Shown in pieces: positions 53,690 to 64,000 of a stretch of DNA of 64,000 bases. Source of the stretch: Octopus sinensis (Eukaryota); NCBI RefSeq assembly GCF_006345805.1, contig NC_043020.1, positions 18,600,001 through 18,664,000 on the forward strand, written 5' to 3'. Position 1 is the first letter of the stretch. Each line of letters begins with the position of its first letter. The notes under the pieces were generated by a model. That model worked only from the letters and a program-made list of their open reading frames with translations, had not been told where the DNA came from and searched no databases. A program made the translations under genes and the position numbers.

Positions 53690-54130
53690 ATTGCCTAATC
53701 AGGGGTCACAGTCACCATACTCTTTCACTTCGACCAAAATGGTCTGCGCAGGACTGGGCAGGAAATTTTCTCCAGGCATCTAGGAGCTTTATCTGGAAAG
53801 ATTCGCTCTGCGGTACTAATGGGAGACTGGAATGGTATTTTAGACGCGCGTTGGGATCATGTGCAGTTAGCCGACACGACATGGGCCTAAAAGCTTCAAA
53901 TTATATCCGATGGTTCTAGCTATTTGACAGATAGTAATAAGTACTTCTTTCAAGTAAATATTTTGAAAAATAGCTGAGAACAGAAATAGTGGCCCGAGTG
54001 AGCGAGCCTAAAGTAATACGGCGCATCTTAACCAAAGAATAAGTTTGAGACGAACTGAAGAATGTCTTCCTCCTGCATAGAATCGGTAAAAAAGCAGTAT
54101 GAGCTCTGACGAGATCCTGGTAAAATTATA
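53690..54130 (+). mobile_element. L1/Tx1-like apurinic endonuclease fragment
   Basis: Frame reads IFSRHLGALSGKIRSAVLMGDWNGILDARWD (APE GD(F/W)N motif); degraded. Confidence 0.55.
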
Positions 54131-54489
54131 ATGGGTTGATGATACAGTAGGCGGGTGGCTGGTCATCAGGGTGATGCTATAATATGATTGGTTACTTCGA
54201 TTCCATTACACTTTGTTCTTATGTACTCTGTATTAGTTGTAGATGTCATTGTGTAGGGGAATGTTATTACGTCTATAATAAAATTAATGATGACCTGAAC
54301 TTCACACTTGTAAATGAAAGCCAAAATATATCCCAAGGAATAGATCTGGGAACTGACGTTCTGGACAGTTCGGAAATAAATCTCAAAGAAATTTACATAC
54401 ATACATACATACTACATACATACATACATACATACATACATACATACATACATACATACAGGCGTACATACATACTTACATAGAAACAG

Positions 54490-54910
54490 GCACAGTATGG
54501 TAGACGCCATTGCCACTCATAACAAAAAGGTGGAATGTCCCAGTGAAAACCTCAATAAAATGAAAACACAACAGACCGGATATGATGATTTGGATAGAGA
54601 AGAGAAACTCTGTACAGTTGTAGAAATCAGCTGGCCATTGGGTGTTAACATAAAGCTAAAGCTCAGTGAAAAAGAAAATACCTGCGCTGAACTATTGAGA
54701 AATCTGCAGTTACTCTATCCAGATTACAAGTTCATGCTTATACCTGTAGTTCTTGGGGTACTGAGTTATGTAACACACTGCCTAAATACCAATCCTGAGA
54801 AATTAGGCCTCAAAAAACCAGAAAGGTGAAAACTGATTCGAAGACTACAAATCCAATCCATCACTGGAACTGTAAAAATCTGTAAAACTTTCCAGGAGTT
54901 TATCATTTAA
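54490..54910 (+). mobile_element. RLE-type (R4/Dong/NeSL-like) LINE 3' end
   Basis: THNK..., DREEKLCTVVEISWP, EKENT.AELLRNLQLLYP, PVVLG.L, GTVKICKTF. Confidence 0.8.
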
Positions 54911-55268
54911 ATATATATGCGCATGTCTAGATATGCAACTATATGCATGAGGATACATACATAATGCATACAAATCTGCACATACATACATGCAAACAAA
55001 AATACCTTGATGTTGATGTTGAAATTCCAATGAAGAAGACTTGAATCTAGGTTAGAAACCGATTCTTTCTCTATAAGCAAGAAATCTTGAAATAAACTGA
55101 ATAATGATATACATACATACATACATGCATGCATGCATATATACATACAAACATACATACGTACATATGTATATATATACGCACGCACAAATACACAGGT
55201 ACACAGACACACACACACATATATAAACACACATGATATGTTTGTATGTGTGTGTGTGTTTATGTTTG

Positions 55269-55316
<48 letters not shown>

Positions 55317-55589
55317 TGTGTGTACTAGTGTGTGTCTGCATCCGCGATGCGCGTGTGTGCATTATTTCCTCTGCTGGATTGGTCTCAAACAAAGTGGCAA
55401 AACGCTTTTGTTTAAGAGTCAAATTCGTCTTGGATTTTGTGGTTACCTGAACTGGTTCATGATGCATATGTGTGTGTGCATATATATTCTATATGTATCT
55501 ATGTCTGTATGCATATGTTCAGCTAGGAGTTCCAAAGGGAGAATATATATGTACGTATATAGGTATGTATATATCTATGTATGTATGCT

Positions 55590-58055
55590 CTTCCGATGGT
55601 AGTCCCTTGCTGCGATGGAAGAGCTTGTGTGCCCCAATGATACCGAGATCGATTCCGTCTGGAGTCCATGACGGCAAGTTCGAGGATGAGGTCCCAGACT
55701 AAACACGACCAGATACCAACATCTAGACCTCAACGGCGAAGCAAACAGAGGAGGGAAATCCCAATCCCCCATAGAGTGACTCCTGCGGAAGAGGGCAACG
55801 CCTAGCGTCAAGCGTGACTAAGGCGGATAGACTCCAGCAGGTCGCTGCAACCAGCCTCGTTAAGACTGCACTTCTCAATTCTTGAGAAGTGGAAAAGCTC
55901 CTGACCAAGTGCGTGCTCATGGCCGTCGTGCAGCCACGATCACCTCAAACAATTTGCTCAGCGACTGGCTTCATCTTTCTACCCTTTGAGTCTCAAAGAA
56001 AATACGCACGATGCCGATGGTATTGTGGGCGCCAGAGGCAGGTCTGGAAAGCTGGAAGCCTCTAGTACCTGACCACACATTGGCAGCGAATCTTAGATGG
56101 TCGCTCCCCAATGAATAGCCGTGACATTGGAGTTCGGCAGCGGGGCTGGCCTCTTTATGAATACCGCATCTCACTCCTTAAGGGGGAGCTCCTAGGAAAG
56201 GTAAGGTAAACATCGGACAGGGGAACTCTACTTCTACTCACCCATCATCGACTACTTAATCCTTTGTTTCACAATCTCTCACATTCGAGGCCTGGAACAC
56301 CCGCACTTTCCAGAGCAAGAATGACATTAATCGTCCGGAACGACGTACATCCCTCATCTGTAAGGAAATTGTGCACTTCAACATCGGCGTGGCAGCCTTG
56401 AGCGAGACTAGGCTTCTCGGAGGAGGTAACATTAGAGAAGCTGGCTCCAAATGTACCGTATTTTGGAAGGGGAAGAATCCTAACGAAACACATTCCATGG
56501 AGCTGACCTTGCCATCAAAACGAAACTCGTGGATCAACACAGACTCGTCCCAACTGCTGTCAGCGAGCGCCTGATGACTGTTCGGATCCCGCTCATTCGG
56601 GACACATACCTTACGCTGATCTCTATGTACGCCCCTATCCTCACGTCTGAAGATGACGTTAAGACTTCGTTCTACAATCTGCTGGACTGCACCATTCAGA
56701 CAGTCCCCGCGCATAACAAACTCATCGTGTCGAGTGACTTTAACGGCAGAGTCGGCTGTGACCATTGTCACTGGAACGGCATTCTTGGTCATTACGGCAT
56801 TGGGAAATGCAATGCCAATGCCCGGCTCCTCTTGGTCCTTTGCGCCAAGCACGAACTCGTCACCACTAACTCCTTATTTCGTCTCCTACCCGACAAAAGA
56901 CGACTCGGAAACACTGGTATATCCTCGACTACATTCTGACAAGACCCAAGGACAGACCAGATGTACGCATCACCCGCTTCATGCCTGGACATCAAGATCC
57001 GCCAACCACCAAAGCGGGTCTCAGCAAACATTCCTTGCCGACGCTTCGACTGCGCCAAACTCCGGAACACACAGGCATCCCAAGACTTCATGGAATCCAT
57101 TGAGAGACCTCACAGAGCCGACCTCTATTGAGAATCACTGAACCAGCCTTCGTGAAGCCATGACCGCTGCCGTTGAAGAGACGATCGGCTTTGCCCAGAA
57201 GAAGAACCAAGATTAGTTTGACGGGAATGATGAAGCCAAACTCCGGATGCGTCTCGCCTTCGAGAATCGATCCACTACGGAAAACAAACGAAAACACCGG
57301 CAGGCATCAGCGGAATGCCAACGAGGAATTAGAGAAGCCTAGAACATCTAGAGGAGATGCAAACCTATGCGGACCAACGAGATTTGCGCCGCTTTTATAC
57401 CGCAACCAAGGAGATCTTCGGTCCTACAAGGTCATCAGTGGGTGACCTCAAGAACGCAGCTGGATCTACAAATCCTCGAGTCTGGAAGTTCCATTTCGAG
57501 AGCCTACTTAATGACCACTCACGCACTCCGGACAATCTCCTCCATTGGATTCCCTGCCGCCCTCGCCCCATGAGTTCAAGAAGGCATTCAAGCGCATGAA
57601 GACGGGCAAAGCTCCAGGACCAGACAAGATCGAGTTTGAGTTTTTCATGCACGGAGGTCCTGAGCTCAGAAATCCTCTGACGCTCTTTATCCTCAGGATC
57701 TGGGAAAGCAAGTCCCTCCCGAACGATTTCCGTGATGAAACTATCAACACCATCTACAAAAATGGAGACCGAGGGCATTGCAACAACTATCGGGTCATCT
57801 CACTCCTGAGTACTGTAAGCAAGATCTTCGCCCGTATTCTACTCAATCGCCTCCTCATCCTCGTGGAACACGTCCTCCCTGAGTTCCAGTGTGGCCTTCG
57901 ACCCTCTCGAAGCACAATCGACATGATCTTTTGTGCTCGCCCTCTTCATGGTATGTGTGAAGAACAACAACAACCTGCAATGTTCATCTTCTGGGATCTA
58001 AAAAAAGCCTTTAACAAGGTCGCCCGTCCTGCAATGTGGGCCGTCCTTGCTCCAT
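55590..58055 (+). mobile_element. RTE/BovB-like LINE: 5' UTR + APE + N-terminal RT, 3'-truncated, pseudogenised
   Basis: AWNTRT, NRPERRT, VAALSETRL, ISMYAP, SDFNGRVG, KTGKAPGPD, CNNYRVISLLSTVSKIFARILLNRL, LPEFQCGLRPSRSTIDMIF, DLKKAFNKV; frameshifts. Confidence 0.92.
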
Positions 58056-59045
58056 GGAAATCCACAATGAAATTGGCCTTTCACAGGGGAAATATTTGAA
58101 ATGATCGAAAAGTTTGCTTAAAGAATTTACATTTGATGTTTAGAGAATAAAAATGTGAGTAGAAACGCATGTCAAGATTTGAGAAGAATAGGATTTATGT
58201 GTGGATAAGGTTGACTGCCCCCTGCTCTGAGTGGAGAGTTAAAGACAAATAATCTTCAGACTGCACATCATAGGCTAATTGAAGTAGTAATAAATTTTGG
58301 TGGCGGACAGGTGTGTTTGTCGTAGACTGAAATACTTTATTTTCCAGTTGAGCGTGAATATTAATATTTAATAATTATTTCAAATTTGCATTGAGGATTG
58401 GAACGCATAATTTTCTGTAATTCAGTCCGCCTCATGGTCCCAGCCGACAAAATGGCGAAAGAGTTGTCCCGGAAGATGGGGAGAACAGCCACTCTGAATC
58501 GCGAGGCTTCGGATTTGCGGTAACTCGTGACCAATTGAAAATAACAGGGATAGACTGAAATATATGCTAATTTGCATAGGAATTGTCAGGTAAAGTACTA
58601 GCAAGAAACATCTTAGAATGGATGAAAACAATGAATTATAGTATGATGTAAAGAAAACAATGAATTACAAATTTCTATGTAAAAATTCTACCGAAACTGC
58701 ATAATTTGTGTTTATATTCATTGCTGAAATACAAGTCATTCAATGAGAACAACAAACATCGGTCTAGCTTATAAATAGTTATTAACATTCTCTACCGCTC
58801 AAGTAGCTTGTGAAAAATAAAAATATTCTTCAAGTTTGAAATTCATCACGAATAGGTTAAGGAGTCCTTTTGAATTCTGATCATTTGGAGGCATTTATGA
58901 CGATGTCAATTGAAAGAGACATTCTCTGCGGTATAAAACGATGATGTTATCAATGACGATGGCGTCGTCAAAAGATCGTTGCAAGCGAAATAATTGTATT
59001 AGCGTAAAATCTATTCTCCAATGACAACAAATTGTGATTTGTATT

Positions 59046-59370
59046 CTTTTATCACAATAGAATGGGCTCTTAATTTTCCTCCCTAAGTACATATTTATGT
59101 ATGCATGCATGTATGTATGTATGTATGTATGTATGTATGTATGTATGTATGTATGTATGTATGTATGTATGTATGTATGTATGTATGTGTGTATGCATGT
59201 ATGTATGTATGCATGTATGTATGTATACATGTATATATATATATATATAATATATATATATATACATACATATATGTATATATATATATATATGTATATA
59301 TTTATATATATATATATAATATATATATATATATTATATATATATATATGTATGTACGTATATATGTATG

Positions 59371-59438
<68 letters not shown>

Positions 59439-59507
59439 GCACACGCATTCATACGGACATATATGTACTTAGGGAAAAAATTAGAGCCCATTCTATTATG
59501 AAAAAAG
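59046..59507. repeat. ~47-bp terminal inverted repeats enclosing a pure (TATG)n/(TA)n interior
   Basis: aatagaatgggctcttaattt..ccctaagtacatat versus atatgtacttaggg..aattagagcccattctatt. Confidence 0.85.
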
Positions 59508-59582
59508 TATATTATACTTTATCATACACACACACAGACTCATACACACACAAACACACACACACACACACATATTTATATA

Positions 59583-59618
59583 TGTCTGACGAACGACAAC
59601 GTGAAACTCAGAGTAACA
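59583..59618 (+). ncRNA. Minimal type I hammerhead motif in a short pLTR-like element (59570-59680)
   Basis: TGT-CTGACGA-ACG-ACAA-CGT-GAAA-CTC-A-GAGT-A-ACA: intact core, GUA triplet, 3-bp stems I and II. Confidence 0.6.
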
Positions 59619-59678
59619 GCTTTTGTTGAATTTTCTGCTGCTTTAAATAAAGCATATTACTCTACCACTGGTATTTGA

Positions 59679-59713
<35 letters not shown>

Positions 59714-60004
59714 CATATATATATACATATATATATATACATATATATATATGCGTAGGTAGAGATAGATAGATAGATAGATAGATTCATACATATATAC
59801 ATCTGCACAGAAACACACACAGACATACATACACACACAGACATTTCCATTTACTGAATATATATTTCAACAGATTCAAATTTCAACTTTGCAATACTAG
59901 AACAACTATTTGCTACGAAGACATTGTATTTTGGGCTATTTTTCATTGCTGTAAAAATGTTTGCTTAGTTTTATACTAGATCATAATAAGTTACTAATAA
60001 AACT

Positions 60005-61472
60005 GTTTGGCATGAGGACATCAATTTTGAGGGGAAGGGCTATTCGATTATACCAACCCAGTACTTAACTGGTACTTACCGAAAGAAATACCCAAAACCT
60101 TTTTACCAACGCTGTAACGATTTTGGCAATCCACCGTTATCAATAATAATATTAATGGTTTCAAATTCTTGCACAAGGCCAGCTATTTGGGAGGAAGAGG
60201 TCAGTCGATTACATCGACACCAGTACTCGACTGGTACTTATTTTATCGAGCCCGAAATGATGAAACGCAAAATCGACCTTAGTGGAATTTGAACTCAGAA
60301 CGTATAGACAGACGAAATGCCGCAAAGCGTTCAGCCCGGCCTGCTAACAATTCTGACAGCCTTGTATAATAGAGGTTTTAAATTTTAGAGCAAGGCCAGG
60401 AATTTGGGGAGGGGGACAATAGTCGATTACATCGATCCCAGTGTTCAACTGGTATTTAATTTATCGACCCCAGAAAGGATAAAAAGCATAGTCGACCTCA
60501 GTGGAATTTGAACTCAGAACGTAAACACAGACGAAATACCTATTCCTTTACTGCCCACAAGGAGCTACACACAGAAGAGATAAACAAGGACAGACAAACG
60601 GATTAAGTCGATTATATCAACCCCAGTACGTAACTGGTACTTATCTAATCGACCCCGAAAGGATGAAAGGCAAAGTTGACTTCGGCGGAGTTTGATCTCA
60701 GAACGTAGCGGCAGACCAAATACCGCTAAGCATTTTGCCCGGCGCGCTAACGATTCTGTCAGCTCGTCGTCTTACCGCCATGTATGATAATAACAATACT
60801 AATAACCCTTTCTACTATAGGCACAAAACCTGAAATTTGCGACCCCAGTATTCAGCTGGTACTTATTTTATCGACCCCGAAATGATGAAAAGCAAAGTCG
60901 ATCTGGGCAGAAACTGAACTCAGAACGTGAGAATGGACGAAATGCCGCTAAGCAATTCGGTTGACGTGCTAACGGTTCTGCCAGCTCGCCGCTTTAATAA
61001 TAATAGAAATAACCCTTTCTACTAAAAGCACAAGGCCTGAAATTTGGAGGGAAGGGGACTAGGCGATTACATCGACCCCAGTGTTTCACTGGTACTGAAT
61101 TTATCGTTCCCGAAGGATGAAAGGCAAAGTCCACTTCGGTGGAATTTGAACTCAGAATGTAGCGACGGGCGAATTACCACTACGCATCTCTTCTAGCATG
61201 CTAACGACTCTACCAGCTCGTCGCCTTAATCAACAACAACAACAACAACAACAATAATAATGATTTCAAATATTTTCCACAAAGACATCTTAGGAGAGGG
61301 ATTAAGTCGATTACATCAACTCAAGTGATTAACTGGTACTTATTTAATCGACCCCGAATGGATGAAAGGCAAAGTGGACCTCGGCGGAATCTGAACTCAG
61401 AACGCAGCGACGGGTGAAATACCGCTAAGTGTTTCGTCCAGCGTGCTAACGACTCTGCCAACTCACCGCCTT
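60005..61472 (-). mobile_element. Head-to-tail stack of 7 SINE family A copies separated by (AAT)n/(AAC)n
   Basis: Units at approximately 60005-60140, 60155-60365, 60373-60540, 60541-60773, 60800-60995, 61005-61227, 61260-61472; shared core actggtactta..atcgaccccgaa..aaagtcgacct..gaatttgaactcagaacg. Confidence 0.9.
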
Positions 61473-61486
61473 AATAATAACAATAT

Positions 61487-61503
61487 TAATAATAATAATA
61501 ATA

Positions 61504-61563
<60 letters not shown>

Positions 61564-61570
61564 TAATAAT
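61487..61570. repeat. (AAT)n
   Basis: Direct inspection. Confidence 0.95.
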
Positions 61571-61579
61571 AATTAACAT

Positions 61580-61840
61580 ATCATGAAAGAAAGAGAAAAA
61601 GGTGATAAATATGGAGACCTGAGAAAGATATGGCAGGTACGAGGATCAAACATAAATACCACCAAATCTGAAAAAAAAACATCTAATTACTTTAGAAATA
61701 CACAGGACGTTAAGGATAATACAGCATCGTGGTCATGGCTTGAGCGAGGTGATTTGAAGCGTACCACCGAAAGTCTGATCATTGCTGCACAAGACAAGTT
61801 GGCTAACTGCGTATGGAAAATAGTGGAGAAATCCTAGCCA
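61580..61840 (+). mobile_element. R4/Dong-like LINE internal fragment
   Basis: SWSWLERGDLKRTTESLIIAAQD matches WMKSSEMKVEIEGFIIAAQD of the 15.7-kb element. Confidence 0.7.
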
Positions 61841-62331
61841 TATATTAATAGATCTAAAAAATGCAACTCTTGCGTAGCACAGAGATGTTATATTCTTCTT
61901 AGATCCATGAATTCCACCACACTGCTTAATTACTGATCAAGGTTTTTAGCAGATGCAAACACATGGACAGGTTTGTTTTGTCTAACTGGAACACACCACC
62001 CGCTCCAGATTGCGTTGCACCGAACTTCTTCGCGTTTTTCTTCTCGCTAATTTTTCTTAATATGTCATTGCCCATTATCCTTGCATTTAAAATATATTTC
62101 ACGAATAAACAGAGCTTGAAAGGTTGCTCAGAGATACACGGCCTATTTTACAAATGTGCCAGTTTAAAGTGTCTTAAAATTATGAGACTATTAGTAGCTC
62201 TTTCGGTATTAAATTGATATTTATCTCTCCCAAGATGGCGTACATTTCGTTGATTCTACCTATATTGGGTCTCTTCTCTCTCTGTATATATATATGTATG
62301 TGTGTGTGTGTCTCTCTCTTTCTCTTTCTCT

Positions 62332-62390
<59 letters not shown>

Positions 62391-62425
62391 GTATGTATAT
62401 GTGTGTATGTATATATATGTGTATA

Positions 62426-62467
<42 letters not shown>

Positions 62468-62471
<4 letters not shown>

Positions 62472-62720
62472 TTAGAGACAAAACCACTATTTTGCAAAAC
62501 AAACAAGGAAAGACTTAATCAATACATAAAATTTTAATAATTTTTGACTTTTTATTAAAATTTTATGTATTGATTAAGTCTTTCCTTGTTTGTTTTGCAA
62601 AATAGTGGTTTTGTCTCTAATAATATTATATAATATTTTACTATAAAATTGGATTTAATCCTAAATCTGATTTTTTCCCTGTAAATTTGGATTTATTCCC
62701 TAATATTTATTATATATATT
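62468..62720 (+). mobile_element. 3' terminal fragment of the 9.5-kb PLE family with a short inverted 5' arm
   Basis: 62545-62710 matches the reverse complement of 9545-9700; 62468-62535 is an inverted copy of 62550-62625; (TA)n both sides. Confidence 0.85.
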
Positions 62721-63149
62721 ATATATATATATATAATATATATATATCTTTGTGTACATGTCTGTATTCATATATGTATATGCATGTACATGCGAGCACA
62801 TCCAAAAATAATTAAGAGTACAGAAAATATAGATGAAATTCAACAATCGTGACCTTATTAGATTTATTTAGGTTTACATAAAAATAAGACTGTCAGATTT
62901 TTCTACCAAACTAAAATTATTGAGCAATAATAATTGAATCATTTGATAGATTATAATATAGGAATCTGAATCTCCGTGTATGACGAGATAATTTTTTATT
63001 GAAAAAGGAGATTGCTATATATAATAAATGAACTAAGTTAAACACTATACGTCGTGTATTAATCAAATATCTGATGCTGATAGGAACTTTAGTAGTTGAA
63101 TGCAATGCAATTAACTATGGAACACTTATGAAAATTGGAAAATGAATGC

Positions 63150-63168
63150 TATATATACATTTACATAC

Positions 63169-63238
<70 letters not shown>

Positions 63239-63303
63239 CTGTATGTATGTATATATATATATGTATGTCTGTATATATATATGTATGTCTGTCTGTCTGT
63301 ATG

Positions 63304-63334
<31 letters not shown>

Positions 63335-63397
63335 CTGTATATATATATATATGTATATATATATATGTATACATATAAATTATAAATATATATATTA

Positions 63398-63440
<43 letters not shown>

Positions 63441-63473
63441 ATATATATATGTATGTTGTATATATATATATAT

Positions 63474-63508
<35 letters not shown>

Positions 63509-63528
63509 GTATGTATGTATATATATAT

Positions 63529-63590
<62 letters not shown>
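63150..63590. repeat. (TA)n/(TATG)n compound microsatellite
   Basis: Direct inspection. Confidence 0.95.
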
Positions 63591-63663
63591 CTAAGCGGTA
63601 CATTACAGACAAAGCAGAAGTGTTTTTAAGACAAGTCAGCCATGTGATTATGTGAGTAAGTTA

Positions 63664-63875
63664 TTAGCCGCCGAGCTGGCAACATCGTTAGCGCGTCGAA
63701 CAAAATGCTTAGCAGTATTTTTTCTGGCTATTTACTTTCTGAGTTCAAATATCATCGAGGTTGACTGCGCCTTTCTTGTTTTCGGAATTCGATAAAAATA
63801 AATACCAGCTGAGTGAGCTATGGGGACGCTACATCTTCTACAAAATTTCAGCTCTTGAGCCCATAATAGAAATTA
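63664..63875 (+). mobile_element. SINE family A, old copy with (ATT)n tail
   Basis: gccgagctggcaacatcgttagc, ttctgagttcaaat, aaatttcag..aattattatt. Confidence 0.75.
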
Positions 63876-64000
63876 TTATTATTATTATTGTTATTATTAT
63901 TATTATTATTATTAATAATATTATTATTATTATTCCTTCGTAACACCGGAGTCTTTAGTCATTTGTCAAGTCACAACAAGGACCTCAGACAGACAATACT

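Noticed and set aside
60005-61472. CRISPR-like repeat-spacer array
   Set aside because: Units are ~200-bp diverged SINEs with Pol III boxes, the spacers are AAT runs, the context is eukaryotic and there are no cas genes.

Overview
AT-rich, microsatellite-saturated animal DNA, most likely from an Octopus genome. This is an inference from the tRNA-derived SINE families, the mollusc-type RTE and R4/Dong LINEs, and the extreme (TA)n/(TG)n/(TAGA)n/(AAT)n load. There is a fixed 100-N scaffold gap at 795-894. I can support no intact host gene; nearly all supplied ORFs are translated microsatellites. The window is a graveyard of mobile elements: a 5'-truncated Penelope-like element with RT and GIY-YIG endonuclease (9.5-11.6 kb, minus), an R4/Dong-like LINE inserted in (TAA)n (15.7-17.6 kb), RTE and Tx1/L1 LINE fragments, three mariner relics (one full length with TIRs), hAT-type MITEs, many SINEs including a 7-unit head-to-tail stack (60.0-61.5 kb), and two ~1-kb tandem duplications that may be assembly artefacts. 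The most interesting signal is a set of minimal type I hammerhead ribozyme motifs with tiny palindromic stem III. They lie in short ORF-less, foldback or partial-tandem elements embedded in (TA)n. The best example is a 480-bp-period, retrozyme-like element at 24.9-25.8 kb. Near-intact motifs also occur at 9.7 kb and 59.6 kb, and several decayed ones elsewhere.
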